DNA of 62,620 nt, filler included. It is 14 parts of 14 records of this genome, joined end to end, with 100 filler letters (N's around TTAATTAATTAA, not from the genome) between each part and the next. Parts side by side here need not be neighbours in the genome. Positions count along the whole stretch, not along the records: positions 35,076 to 38,906 come from SRR7504441_105998; positions 39,007 to 42,599 come from SRR7504441_106012; positions 42,700 to 45,706 come from SRR7504441_106192; positions 45,807 to 55,104 come from SRR7504441_106209; 10 more parts are not named here. One strand, 5' to 3'. How positions within the stretch are numbered: position 1 is the stretch's first letter; each line of letters begins with the position of its first letter. Made by a program: the position numbers and the translations under genes. Shown piece by piece: positions 35,353 to 48,218 of this stretch. Under the pieces are notes generated by a model. It saw only the letters and a program-made list of their open reading frames with translations. It did no database searches and was not told the DNA's origin.

Positions 35353-38300
35353 ATGCCAAGATCGTCCTCCCGCAGAGGGGCCAAGGCGGAGGAGCCCGCC
35401 GGCGAGGCTCGTCCGGCCAAGGCGGCCAAAACTGGGAAGGGGGGCAAGGGCAAGGGCGGCAAAGGGGGGAGAGCAGTCAAGGGGAAGGAAGAGCCCACGC
35501 CCAAGGGCCAGAACGGGGCGCCGCTGCTCGAGGAGTTCGCGGCTGACCCCGTATACCAGCTGGCGCAGCAGCACTGGCTCGGGCGGAGCCCCGATCAGAT
35601 CGCGTTCGACCCGGCGGTGGTGGAACAGGTGTATGCGGAGGCGCTCAAGGAGGCGGAGCTGGGCTCGCCACGGCTGGCGATGTTGGAGTCCTCGGGCTAC
35701 CTGGAGAGCTATCTCTGGCCCGGGTTCGCGCCAGCGGAGGCAAGCTCAGCCCACGTGCTCTCGATCCTGATGATGGTGAACGAAAAGTTCCGCGAGGGGG
35801 TGGACGCGTGGGCCTGTTTCGAATCGGACCCGGACAAGCTATCCAAACTGATCAAGAAGGCGCTGCAGCTGCCGGAGGAGCTCAGCCTGGGCGAGCAGAC
35901 CCAGCACACGATCTTCCTGATCCGCAGCTTCCAATCTTTCGAGGTGGCTGTAATCCGGAAAGAGTTTGTGCGGCTTGTTGGGCTGCCGCTCTGGTTTCAT
36001 ATCAACCAAGTGAGGCTGGCCAGCGAGCTCAAAAAGACCAACGACCAGGTCCGCAAGCGCTGGGGTATGATCCAGGCCCAGTCAACGAAAAACCCGGCAA
36101 TCAAGCAGTCTGCAGAGGCCACTTTTGTCCCTGGGCTCCTCCGACGGTTCCTGGCGGTCGTGGAGTCGCTGCCGAGAGACGCCGAGATTGAGCCCACCAC
36201 GCTGCAATTCGTCTCGCGCTCGCTGGAGCTGCTGATCGACCTGCTGTCCCAGCTGCCAACCCGCCGTTTCTTCCACGCACTCGTCACGGATTGGATGCTG
36301 GTCCCGCGATGCCAGCAGTCGGCGCTGCTTGCCCGGCCAGAGGGCAGGCTGTGCGCCCAGCTGCTCGAGATGCTCAAGTTCTACCTGGGCTTCGAGATGG
36401 ACAACTACACCGGCGATCCGGCCAGCCCGGAGCAGTTGATGGAAGAGCATTACGCTAAGCTTCGTCGGCTGCAGCTCGTGGCGTACAAGCACTTTACACC
36501 CGAGCTCAGCTCGCTGGCCATGACTAATATCGCCTCGATCGAGATGCGCGCCAGCCTGGCCAAGCAGCTCTCCGTGCTCAGCAGCGAAAAGCTGCATGAG
36601 CTTGCTGCGATGATAGGAGTTTCACACGAAGAACAGCAGTACCCTCAGAGCGTGCTGTTCGAGGCACTCGTGCAGGCGCTCGAGCAACGGCCGTCGCAGG
36701 TAGACGCGCTCAATGAGATGCCGTTGTATCCAACCGAGCAGATCTTATGGGACGAGAATCTGGTGCCTTCGGAGAAATTCAACGGGTCCAAGGTGCTCGC
36801 GCTGCCTAAACTCAACTTGCAATTCCTCACCCTGCACGACTACCTGCTGCGCAACTTCAACCTTTTCCGGCTCGAGGCCACCTACGAGATCAGGGAGGAC
36901 ATTGCCGACGCCATCCAGCGCATGGCACCTCGCCGGAAAGGGCCCGGGGGAGGCGTGGAGTTCAGCGGATGGTCGCGGATGGCACTCCCAGTGGACGGTT
37001 TCACCATCCGCGGGGTTGGCAAGCCCAAGCTGGGCGAGCTCAAGCCGTCCGAGGTGCAGGCCGAGGTGATGATAAACCTAAAGTCTCTCCGTGGGAACAT
37101 GAGGGATGAGTGGAACTCTCTCAGGCAGCACGACGTGCTCTTCCTGATCAAGATCCGACCCGAGTTTGGTGTGGACGAGCAGCCGGACCCGGACAAGCCG
37201 TTTGTGGAGAGGTGGGGTATCAAGCACATCCGAGGGCTCGAGGTGCGCGAAGTGGTCGACTCTGAGAATCACATGTTCACTGGGATGGGGGAGACTGCAG
37301 ACCGCAAGCTGACTGGAGACGTCCGCTGCCTTCGGGTCAACCTGGACGCGGCCCAGTACCAGCAGGACATCACCAGCGGGTCGACAGAGGACGTGTATGC
37401 TGAGTTTGACATCATTTTGCGCCGGAAGCCGAAAGAGAACAACTTTAAAGCAGTGCTCGAATGCATCCGGGACCTGATGTCCACCAAGACCGTCATCCCT
37501 GGATGGCTGCTGGACGTATTCCTTGGGTAACACTCCCCGTCCTTAATAGTAGCACCTGCCTGGGCTGAATGTTGTTGGATTGGCAGCTATGGCAATCCAG
37601 CCGGCGCAGCGTACTACAATCTGCCCAAGCACTTGCAGATCTCCACAATCGACTTCCGCGACACCTTCCTCTCGTGGCAGCACCTGAAATCCACCTACCC
37701 TGAGCACGAGATCTGCTGCGACGCCCCGGAAGCGGATCGGCAGCCGCCGTTCAAAGTTACCTTCCCTACAGACAAGTCGAGCAAGCAGATCACAGTTGTG
37801 CCTTACCAAGCGGAGTACATGGGTCCTTACCTGGAGGACAAGCCCAAGCCCAACATGGTCCAGTTCACTCCAAAGCAAGTTGAGGCCATCCGTAGCGGGA
37901 TCAACCCAGGGCTCACCCAAGTAGTCGGGCCGCCCGGTGAGCTGACCTGGTCGTGGCGCGCTCAGCATGGGGGCAGGGACCGGGAAGACCGACGTGGCTG
38001 TCCAGATCATGACCAACCTGTACCACAACTTCCCGGGCCAGCGCACGCTGATCATCACCCACTCGAACCAGGCGCTGAACGACATCTTTGAGAAGATCAT
38101 GCAGAGGGACGTAAACGAGATCCATTTGCTCCGGCTGGGCCGGGGCGAAGAGGAACTGGCCACCGACAAGGACTTTTCCAAGTTCGGTCGCGTCAATTTC
38201 ATGCTGCAGCGCCGGATCGAGCACTTGGCCAAGGTTGGCGCCGGCTGGTTGTGGGCACTGAGCTTGGGTCAGGTCAAGAAGCTGGCTGAGAGCCTGAACA

Positions 38301-38906
38301 TCAGGGAGGATGTGAGCTACACGTGCGAGACGGCCGAGCGTTTCTTCCTGTTCCACATTCAGAAGCGGTGGGAGATCTTCACTCAATCCCTCAAGGCAGA
38401 GGATGCCGCTGACAAGCCGATACCCGACCGTGTGCAGAAGCTCTTCCCGTTTGGCAGGTATTTCGAAGACGCGCCGCAGCCGCTGTTTACCAGCCCGCCC
38501 GATGCTGCTGAGGATCTGCGGATATGCGAGGGCTGCTTCCGGCACATCAAGAAGATCTTCACCGAACTCGAGGAGACTCGGGCATTCGAGCTGCTCCGGA
38601 CGTCCAGGGACCGTGGCAACTACTTGTCGATGCGGCAGGCCAGGATCATAGCCATGACCTGTACGCACGCGGCGCTCAAGAGGCGCGACTTGGTGGCGCA
38701 GGCTTTCCAGTACGACAACCTGCTGATGGAGGAGACGGCCCAGATTCTGGAGGTGGAGACTTTCATTCCAATGCTGCTCCAGAATCCGGACGCCACCACC
38801 AACAAATCACGGCTCAAGCGTGTGATCCTGATTGGGGACCACCACCAGCTTCCGCCAGTGGTCAAAAACATGGCGTTCCAAAAGTACTCGCACTTTGACC
38901 AGTCGC
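35353..38906 (+). CDS. AQR: Aquarius intron-binding spliceosomal RNA helicase, 3'-partial; introns 37527-37586, 37937-37976, 38234-38272
   Basis: [65 protein letters not shown] and IGDHHQLPP. Confidence 0.97.
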
Positions 38907-39006
38907 NNNNNNNNNNNNNNNNNNNNNNNNNNNNNNNNNNNNNNNNNNNNTTAATTAATTAANNNNNNNNNNNNNNNNNNNNNNNNNNNNNNNNNNNNNN
39001 NNNNNN

Positions 39007-42000
39007 CGCGGGTAAGGGTCCCAAGCCTGGAACCGGATGTATGGCGCGCCGGCCAGCTCGGCCACTCGGGCCCATCCATGCGGAGCGGCGAGCCCGGCGC
39101 GAGCAGCGGATGGGCCTGGACCTGGAAGCTCGGGGCAGTCCGCAATCCAAGCCGCGGCCCGGCGGCCAGCCGCACTGTGCAGCTCTAGCACTTGTCCAGG
39201 TTGGACTGAGGCGTTAAGATCGCTTTGGTCCCACTCCGTCTCGCCAACAAATACACGCACTCTCACATGGCGAAGCACTCCCACATGCACCTCCAGCCGC
39301 GGTGCTGACAACTGCCGACCCGTAGAGAGATGTAAGATACCAGCAGCTGCGTTGGTGAACCATGGAAGTCGCACAGTCCGCGTTTGTCCGGGTGCAATCG
39401 CTGGGCGCAGGGTGAGTTGTCTGGTTGTGGCATCCCAAAGCTGACCTGTTGCTGCCTTTACAATCATCCAGCCCTGTACCTGACGAGTATAGTGTCCATT
39501 CAATTCTGGATGCCCAGCGAGCGCCGAGCCACTTGGAGCGTTGGGACTGGCGCCACTGCACGTCTCACCCTCAGGACCGTGGTGGATGTCCTTCCAAATC
39601 CATATGTCTTTTAGCATACCATGATGCATTTCTATCATCCGCAGCGCAGGCTGCAGCAACTGATCTTCGAATGAGGCGTTCAGCCACAAGATTGCATTTG
39701 CTGCATTATCCATGCTCATGGCTGGATCAACCTCATTAGCCCAGCGACTCTGGTCGAGCAGCCCACCGCTCCCGCCGGGCTGCCCTGGAGTTGGTTGCGC
39801 ACCTTGCATAGCCTGTTGCCCAACCCAACACTTCGCCTGATCGTATGCGCATGTCATCGCTTTCTCTGTTGCCACATGCGAGGCCAACTGGTCAACAGGC
39901 AGTAGCGGCCCAAGCCCAACTGAAGAGGCCCAGCTCTGGCCATGCAGGGTGCCGCTCATCACAGCGTCGCCGTATTTCCAGCCATAAGCAGCTCGCCAAT
40001 GAGTGCCTGTCCACAGGGTGTCGTTCATGCCCTGGCGGACTAGCCCAAAGGACTTATTGGCGGCAGCAGAGAGGCCGCTGGTGTCACCCATTGTGTCTGC
40101 TACCCTAGCGCAGGCCCTCATTCCAGCCAGGTGCGCTATCGCGTTATACGCCACGTTCTGGTATGTGTTTGTGCCCATGAAATCGTATGTATTCCAGAAC
40201 GGTGGCAGCTGCCCAGTCTGGCTCACCTGTGCAATTTGCCAACGGCAAGCCGCAGCGACGTGCGGCCAGACTGCCGTAAGGAAAGCGTGATCTCCAGTAT
40301 TTTGGAATGCGGAGAGTGCTGAGAGTGCAAAAATGGTGGCGCCATCTGCCATCTTCCGAGGAAAGCCCCCAACCTCGTCCATTGGTCCGACTAAGCGGCC
40401 GCTTCGCCAGCCCCAGTTGCCGAGCCATTCCTGGATCTTGCCTTCGGAGCGATTCGCTACGGTAGCTGGGCTGCACTTGCCCCAAGTGGACGGTGGCCCG
40501 CCTTCCACAGCACCAGGACAGAGTTGTGTCTGGGCCCAGCCTGTAAAGATCGTGTTCTTTAAAACCGCCGGGAAGAACTGCAGATACGGCTGCATGTGAT
40601 AATCTGTAACATGAATCGGATCCAGATCGCTTCCGGGCAGCCCTTCGTATGTTCGGAAGCGTCCATTTGCAGTGCCGCCACAGAGGCGCCCGTTTGTTAG
40701 CCCGCTGATAGATGATTGCTCCCTCACCCAAACACTGTTCTTGACTTGAGTCGCGAGGCTGTTGACCAAAAAGGACTGGAAGACCGTCGGCATGCTGGTA
40801 TTTGCGATCAGCCTGCTCAGGGCCGAGGCATCGCGGACTGCAGTCATCAACGGCTCCTCTTCTCCAGCGGCCAAAAGGCTTTGCGCTACATCTAAGAACG
40901 AATTGAATAGCGTTGAATAGTAGTTTCCAAGCGGAGCACCAGCATAATCGTGCTCAGCGAAATAATACGCAAAGACAATTGAAATGGTCCTTGTCTCTCC
41001 AGGTGCCAGCAGCGCAGTTGCTTCGACGGCACCTAACCCTGCCTCAGGCTTCACTTCTGGTACTGGAGTGGTATCCGCCCACAGAGCCTCAATATTATCG
41101 CCAGTCAAACTCCTCACAGCTACGTCGTCGTTGGCTGCCATCAGGGTGAAGTCTGCAACGGCAGCTGAAGCATCGACTTTGCATCGAGGATTGTCTGCAG
41201 GGTGGTACAGGCTGCACGGAATATACCGGTTCCTTCTCTCGTGGATGAGTGTCCTCGGGCCATCTGTCCTCCATCGACCTTTCACACCAGACGCCAGCCC
41301 AGAGCCCTCCAAGTACTGCTGCACGGGAGGGGCGCCTTGGACTAGAACGCATGGTTGTGCCGTTGGAGTCTCGCTTGCAGTGTCGACCCGCTCCACGTAG
41401 CTCCAGGCCTTACAGTTTAGATCCGCCTCACATGCGTCGCTGCACTCAGCTGTCCCTTTAGCACGAGTGCTGTTCGCCTCCAGACTCCAGCAATGGTAAT
41501 TGGTCGGCACAGGACGGTCCCAACCGACATCCGGTCCTAGATCGTGCGGTGCCCCCACCTGCACGGGCTGCTGCGCAAGCCAACCGGCGCTCCGATTCGG
41601 CAGGCCTGTCACTATGCTGGGCCGCTCCACCAGTGGCCAGGAGCCCCAGAGCGGCCCCTTGAGCGTGCAGTAGGGTGCAGTTGGGATTGTGGCTGACGAG
41701 CAGTTCTGCGGCGGCGGCGGCGGCGGGGCGAGCGACCACGAGCTGCAGTTGGGCTGGTTGTGACAAGCAGCAATGCACTCAGCAGCGGAGCGTACATCAA
41801 TGACAGCCAACTGGTCGCCCTTCGGAGGCAGCCTGGTCACATCCATGGTCGAGGCCACCGGCAGCGACACCCACAAGCTCGCGTTGACCGCTGCTGACTG
41901 CCGGTTAGTAACGACTAGCGATAGAGTCACCGCAGGCACAGCGCTCCGGTTCTCATCCCATAGCTTCAGCGGCGACCAGGCGTACAGCTCGGCCTCAATC

Positions 42001-42593
42001 GGAGCAGATGGGCCGTCCAACCTTAACCGCGAGAAGGGGAAGCTGCCCGAGTAGCTCAAACTCGGGCTCAGCGGGATCCGGGGCGCCCTGGCCCGGTCAT
42101 GGGTGCGCAGTGCGGTCGCATAGCCCCCAGCGCGCACTCCGAACACGGCCTCACCCATCAGCGGCAGCTTGGAGTTCTGTGCAGCATCCGCGGCGAGCGC
42201 CGGCCCTTGGTTGCCCACCATCCAATCCCGCACGCTCCCGTCGGCCCGCAGCTCGAAGCTGCCAGTGCCCAGGCCGCCGAGCGGCACGGCGCTCCGCATC
42301 CCGACAGGCGGGGCCACCGGCGATTCGGGGCGGGTGACGTCCCACAGGTATTCCATGGTGGTGCCCGCCTTGGCGGCCGGGTCGCTCCAATAGTTGGTTG
42401 AGGACAAAATCCCCTCGGCGCATTGCCGGAGCGCGGCGAAAGGCTGCCCCCGGTGCACAGTGCCGGACTCGTTGAAGAACGGGATCGCCTGCAACTGACG
42501 GGCCAGTCGGGTGCCGCCGGTGCAGGGCTGCAGCAGGCAGGCCGCTCCGAGAGCAACCGCCCAGCAGCCCAGCCTGATCGGCAATGGCGGCAT
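39007..42593 (-). CDS. Secreted GH116 (GBA2-like) glycosidase with PAN/Apple-like inserts, 3'-partial
   Basis: Signal peptide, VPLGGLGTGSFELRADG, YSGSFP, FRTYEG (nucleophile Glu) and NTYD (acid/base). Cys patterns C...C....NC..W at two sites. Confidence 0.8.
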
Positions 42594-42699
42594 CTCAGTN
42601 NNNNNNNNNNNNNNNNNNNNNNNNNNNNNNNNNNNNNNNNNNNTTAATTAATTAANNNNNNNNNNNNNNNNNNNNNNNNNNNNNNNNNNNNNNNNNNNN

Positions 42700-43379
42700 A
42701 AAAGTAATAAACATATTAGAGTTAATTTTTCAATCTCAAAACCTAAAAAATTAATAGTCTCTCCTGCTATCAGAGGCGTCGCTGAAAATACGGTTGCATA
42801 GTCGACAGATTGATATACAATAAAAATTCCACAAATACCTAAAGCTAAAAAAAAATCTCCTACTCGGTTGACTATCATTGCTTTAAGAGCAGACTTATTT
42901 GCTTGTATTCGCGTATACCAGAAACTAATCAGTAAGTACGAGCATAAACCAACACCTTCCCATCCAAAAAACATTTGAATAAAATTATCCGCGGTTACTA
43001 GCATCAACATAAAAAATGTAAAAAGACTTAAATATGACATAAAACGTGGAATATGTGGATCATGTTCCATATAACCTGTTGCGTACAAATGCACCATACA
43101 AGATACTGTTGTTACTGTAATGAGCATAAGAGCTGTCAAGGTATCAAAAAGACATCCCCAAGATGCTTGCAACATTTCACAATCAATCCATGAAAAAAGA
43201 TTTATATAAACGAAATTACCACACACAGCCACTTCAAAAAAGGCATACCATGATAATAACATAGATAAAAATAAGCCTGATGTTGTAATTATTTGTGAAC
43301 CTGTTGAACCTAAAAACCGGCCAAATAAACCAGAACTTATTGCTCCTATTAAGGGTAAAAAGACAAGTAATAAATACAT
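42700..43379 (-). CDS. nad5: Mitochondrial NADH dehydrogenase subunit 5, 3'-partial
   Basis: MYLLLVFLPLIG, YMEHDPHIPRFMSYLSLFTFFML, GWEGVGLCSYLLI and NRVGD. AT-rich, Trp encoded by TGG. Confidence 0.98.
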
Positions 43380-43433
43380 ATATTTATTATTATTTATTTC
43401 TATTAAAAAGTAAAACAAAAAAAATAGTATAAT

Positions 43434-43507
43434 TATGCTCGACAGGACTCGAACCTGTAACCTTCGGATTCGAAATCCGATACTCTATCCAATTAAGTTA
43501 CGAACAC
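43434..43507 (-). tRNA. trnR: Mitochondrial tRNA-Arg(UCG)
   Basis: Cloverleaf with anticodon arm TCGGA-TT-TCG-AA-TCCGA and T arm GTTCGAG. Confidence 0.92.
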
Positions 43508-43532
43508 AAAGAACTAAATCTCGTAAAATATT

Positions 43533-44072
43533 CTAAACCTCTCTTCTCTTTGATGTAAGGGTAAACAAACGATTTTTAGGTGATGAAACATTTGTGAGCA
43601 GACTAATAAGATTTGCTTGTATCAAAGAAAGATTTTTCATAGCTATTCTATCAAAATTAGCCATACTTAAAATTTTATGCTCAAATAAAGTACTATAAAA
43701 AGAGCCCTTAAAGTATGACCCCAAGAAGAAAACTCCCGGAGTTTTACTAACGGTCTTAAAGACAACTTTTAAAGTATCAAAAGTAAAATCTGCCACCACC
43801 TTATTATCTACAGAAAATTCTGCATAACAAATGGCAACCGAACCTTGTAAGGAACTATTTAAATTTTTAAAGTGTGTGTTAAGTATTTTACACAAAACAA
43901 CATTCTTTATAACCTTATAATGATAACCACTTTTACGCAATTCTTTACGCAAGATAAGAGTATCTTGCATAGAAGTACTTTGTATACAAAAAAAGCCTAC
44001 ATATATAGAATTTTTCAAAATTGAAGTTAAACAACGAAAATCAAGATATTTTTTTAATTCATTCTTATTCAT
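43533..44072 (-). CDS. rpl10: Mitochondrial ribosomal protein L10
   Basis: [16 protein letters not shown] and LQGSVAI resemble the uL10 core. 179 aa, in mtDNA context. Confidence 0.7.
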   Translation of the reverse strand: MNKNELKKYLDFRCLTSILKNSIYVGFFCIQSTSMQDTLILRKELRKSGYHYKVIKNVVLCKILNTHFKNLNSSLQGSVAICYAEFSVDNKVVADFTFDTLKVVFKTVSKTPGVFFLGSYFKGSFYSTLFEHKILSMANFDRIAMKNLSLIQANLISLLTNVSSPKNRLFTLTSKRREV

Positions 44073-44093
44073 AAAACATAAATTTAAAATTTC

Positions 44094-44747
44094 ATGACAA
44101 AATTAAATTTGCCACCTTCTGCAATTTCATTATTTATAACTAAATTAAATAATGAAATCGACTTAAACGTTCAGTCATCAGAAACGTTAATGACTGGAAC
44201 GATTGTCCAAGTTAACTCTAACAAAATATTAATCGATTTTAAACTTAAAAGCTTAGTTGAAATATCCATAACAAATGGTATACATATATTATCTAATATG
44301 TACCTTATTAATCGTAAGTCATATTTAGGTACAAATAAAAATTCTAAAAGTCCTCTTTCAAAATTAAAAAAAGATTTGAACATATGGCTTGCGAATAAAC
44401 TTGTTGTAGGAGAAATAATTCAATTAAATTTAAATATGATAGATTCTTCAAAAAATCTAATAATACCTGATTTAAAAGCTACTATAAATCTCATTAAATC
44501 AACTCAGTTGTTTCATGAACTTGATAGGATAAAACAAAAAGACCTTAGAATCAAAGGAGTTATAATAAATTCTATAAAAGGAGGATTTAGTGTAGCAATT
44601 GGTAATTTAATAGCATTTTTACCAAGTAAAGAACTTACAAAATTGCCTACAAGAAAACCTTTTGCTAATTTCATGAATGTTGCAATGTACTTTCATATAG
44701 CTAAAATAAACTTTGATAGAAAAAATATAATACTAAAAAGAGCTTAG
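44094..44747 (+). CDS. rps1: Mitochondrial ribosomal protein S1
   Basis: Two S1/OB-fold segments: GTIVQVNSNKILIDFKLKS and IKGVIINSIKGGFSVAIGNLIAFLP. Confidence 0.85.
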   Translation: MTKLNLPPSAISLFITKLNNEIDLNVQSSETLMTGTIVQVNSNKILIDFKLKSLVEISITNGIHILSNMYLINRKSYLGTNKNSKSPLSKLKKDLNIWLANKLVVGEIIQLNLNMIDSSKNLIIPDLKATINLIKSTQLFHELDRIKQKDLRIKGVIINSIKGGFSVAIGNLIAFLPSKELTKLPTRKPFANFMNVAMYFHIAKINFDRKNIILKRA

Positions 44748-44759
44748 AAACTTTTTAAC

Positions 44760-44841
44760 TACGGATAGAGGGACTTGAACCCTCAAGAGTTTCCTCACTA
44801 GAACCTAAACCTAGCATGTCTGCCAATTTCATCATATCCGT
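44760..44841 (-). tRNA. trnL: Mitochondrial tRNA-Leu(UAG)
   Basis: Cloverleaf with long variable arm and anticodon loop TT-TAG-GT. Confidence 0.92.
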
Positions 44842-44865
44842 GCGATTCCTATAATAATCTAATAC

Positions 44866-45186
44866 ATGAAAACTATTTGTAATATAAAAATAAAGTCTTT
44901 TAATTCACGGACTTTAGATAATTTTTTTAATTCATTAACTAAAGATATAAAAGAACAAAAGGTATCTATGTCTTTTACACGGTTACCTACTAGAATTTCT
45001 AAAATAACTCTTATTAAAAGTCCACACGTATACAAAAAATCCCGTGAACAATTTGAATCTCGTCATTATACGCGAGTAATTAAACTAAGAGGACCTAAAG
45101 ACCAGATACAAAGTTTATTAACCAGACTATTCTCGAAACAATACACATCAATCTATAACAAGGTAGAATGGTGTTTCATGAAATAA
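44866..45186 (+). CDS. rps10: Mitochondrial ribosomal protein S10
   Basis: IKIKSF and LPTRISKITLIKSPHVYKKSREQFE.R.Y.R. Confidence 0.95.
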   Translation: MKTICNIKIKSFNSRTLDNFFNSLTKDIKEQKVSMSFTRLPTRISKITLIKSPHVYKKSREQFESRHYTRVIKLRGPKDQIQSLLTRLFSKQYTSIYNKVEWCFMK

Positions 45187-45190
45187 AAAA

Positions 45191-45262
45191 TGCGGGTAAT
45201 GGGATTCGAACCCATAGCCACTGCTTGGAAGGCAGTTAATTTAACCATTAATCGATACCCGC
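45191..45262 (-). tRNA. trnG: Mitochondrial tRNA-Gly(UCC)
   Basis: Cloverleaf with anticodon arm ACTGC-CT-TCC-AA-GCAGT. Confidence 0.93.
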
Positions 45263-45311
45263 ATAAAGAGCTTCTGTAAAGAAACTCTATAGTATAACAT
45301 AAACATTACAA

Positions 45312-45706
45312 TTATCTATCAACTTCACCAAATACAATATCTTGTGTTCCTATTAGAGTAACAACATCGGCTATCATATGACCCCGAGCCATAAAGTCTA
45401 GAGCCTGCAAGTGAAAAAAACCTGGCGCTCTTATTTTACAACGATATGGCCGATTATTTCCTGTGGATACAAGATAAACTCCAAATTCACCCTTAGGTGC
45501 TTCCACAGCTGTATAAGTTTCACCTTCCGGAACTGTTAAATTTTCCGTAAAAAACTTAAAATGGTGTATTAAAGATTCCATAGATGTCTTCATATCTGAT
45601 CTTGAAGGTGGAACTACCTTAGCATCATCAACTTTTATAGGGCCTTCAGGCATATCATTTAAACATTGTTGAATGATTCTGATACTTTCACGCATTTCTG
45701 CAACTC
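45312..45706 (-). CDS. nad7: Mitochondrial NADH dehydrogenase subunit 7, 5'-partial
   Basis: [32 protein letters not shown] and DIVFGEVDR. Confidence 0.98.
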
Positions 45707-45806
45707 NNNNNNNNNNNNNNNNNNNNNNNNNNNNNNNNNNNNNNNNNNNNTTAATTAATTAANNNNNNNNNNNNNNNNNNNNNNNNNNNNNNNNNNNNNN
45801 NNNNNN

Positions 45807-48218
45807 GACCGAGGTGCATTAATGGCTATCCTCTTACGCAGCTGACCAGGGGCTGCATCCAGATCATGCGCTGCTCAATGCTGCCGACACACTTATCCTT
45901 TCATTTTTTGCATGGTTCATGGTCTTATGCACAATTCCCATGCCTGGGGGCAACCTCATGGATCAATTAGTCAATCGGCGGAGGCAGATCGCAGGCAAGA
46001 GCAAGGTGGCACGCCTGTGCACTTTCGTGTGCCAGGCGATGGCAGGTGCGCGATAGTTTGCTCAGAAGAGTAGATTTCTCTGTCTATAGCACTCATCATG
46101 CAATGCGCCTGGATGTCATCAAACATCGCCAGACACGTGCGTCCTCTGACCTGATAAGCCTGATGTGGGTGATCGCAGATGCTAATGTGGATTCCGAAGA
46201 CTATATAGCCCACCCAGAGCGTGGGTACAAAGAGCACTTGCTGCCTGAAATGATCTGCGCCCACGGCGAGAGGCAGGGCTTCTGCAAGATTTGCCCGCAT
46301 GACAGATGTCTCAATTGCTGGGAGAGCGATCGCCTTCTTGTCAGTATGCGAGGAGAGGATGGGACGGAGCGCTCGACTCTGCCGACGTGGGACTTAGTCT
46401 TCGATCCGCTGCTTGTCAGGAGCGCTGCCCGTTTGTGCAACGAAGTGTACAACAACTTTGTAACGGATGACGAGATCCTAGAAGCTGGGGAGGAGATTAC
46501 AAGCAGCACGCGAAAACAGTGGCATGAGGCGCAAAAGCAAGTTCTCGAGATGGTCGACTGCAGGTGCGGGCTATGCCTGAGTGTGATAGGGATTGCTTTG
46601 CAGGGACCCTGTCACAAAGGCGAATCGGCTGCAGGGAATCCGGATGACGAACTTTGTGCATTTAGATGACCCGCAGGCCAACGTACGAGACGGGTTCCTG
46701 GGTATCTTCGAGCACAGCATGTTGTCAACGTCTACTCGAAGTCCAGAAGGTGCTGAAAGGATGCGTGCCGTGGCCCAGAGGAAAATTGAAGCTGCTCAGC
46801 TCGAAATAGACGAAATAGTAGGTGGTCTACGAGAATCCACGAAGTGCTGCAGCACCCAACGCAGCCAGTGTTCCAAAACGAATGAGGGGACTGCACAACT
46901 TGAGAAGGCCATAGCTTCAAAAAAAGAGGCCGAGCTTGAGTACCGCCAGGCTGGGCAGCAGCGGCTGGAGACAAAGAGATTGATCCTAGCTTTTAGAGGC
47001 ACAGCAACCGAAGCGAACGCCAAGACAGGTATGCTAGCCTGGCTTTGCCTCTGATCTGCCTGTGGCAGACCTTGACTCGCACCAGATCGACTGGCCGTAC
47101 GAGGAACTGCCCATTGCGGCTCAAGACAGGCTGTTCGAGCTCGGAATTCTGAATCTGTCAGACCTTCCATATTGCCATGCTGGGTTCTTGAAGCTGATGA
47201 TGCCGTTGGTAGATAAGGTGAGTGATCAAATCGAGACAGTGCTCAAGAGGTGGCACAGCGAGTGCAGCGATAGCGATTGCCATGCATCGGATGGTGCTGA
47301 AGGCGACTCCGCGATCACAAAAGCAGAGCTAGTGATCACTGGTCACAGTCTTGGAGGGGCGCTCGCAGTCCTGATGGCAGCTAGATTTGCGGGGCGATTC
47401 TTGATGCCCAACAGAACCTCATGCTGTTCAAGAGCATTTCGGCTCAAGGCGTGTGAAATCAAACTGATCACATGTGAGTCGAGACCGAAATGTCCATTTG
47501 ACCTTGGTTGCGCAGTTGGACAGCCAAGAGTCGGAAACCCAGCGTTTGCTAGGCTTGTAGATTTCTTAGTTCCCGATTACTGGAGAATAGCCAACGAGGG
47601 CGACCCGGTGTGCTGCTCTTAGCATCGTGGGCGTTAAGGGCGTGTACGGCAGGTACCAGGGATTCCAAAGCACATTGCACTAAATGTCGAAACGTATATG
47701 CCTACATGCTATCTAGGTGCAAGAAGGTGCTCACCAGTGAGGGCTAGGGTTATACTTGTGGCTGCAGATACAAGCATGGGGGTCATCCAGTACTGCAAAA
47801 GTCAGCCGGACATCTCGTGTTTGCACCCAGTTGCCTCGACGAGATCACTTCGCTCAATCCTGATGCACACTCAATAGATCTGTACGAGCAAAAGCTGGAG
47901 GCGTTCCTGGCCTGCAGGCGGCGCTGGCTCTGGAGGAAAGCGATTTTTGTTGTTCGGCTGATGATTAAGTTGAAGTCACCCCAGTTGGCAATGACAGATT
48001 GTTGTATCTCTGTCACGGCTAAACTTGACCTGTTCTATGATGAGCATGGCGTCCCGGAAGATCGCGAGCAGTTGCCGGTGGAGAGGCAGCCTAACCGTCG
48101 AAACGGATGGGCAAAGAGGCAGTTGGTTAAATTTGGAATGGGTGAAGATATACCGAAGCAAAAGTCGCCGTCTTTAAACGCAACTATGGGGGATGGCAGC
48201 GTCTTAACTATGGTGTAG
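45807..48218 (+). CDS. Class 3 lipase-domain protein, multi-exon, 5'-partial
   Basis: LAFRGT, CHAGFL, ITGHSLGGALA (catalytic Ser), GQPRVGN..FA, RIANEGDPV and HSIDLY. Confidence 0.85.

Noticed and set aside
37527-38272. Short introns as a repeated introner family
   Set aside because: Apart from the local YAACGG arrays, introns share no extended sequence similarity or terminal inverted repeats that I can see.
42700-45706. NUMT or bacterial endosymbiont DNA
   Set aside because: ORFs and tRNAs are intact with no nuclear flanks, and the mixed nad/rps/rpl/trn order is organellar rather than a bacterial operon.
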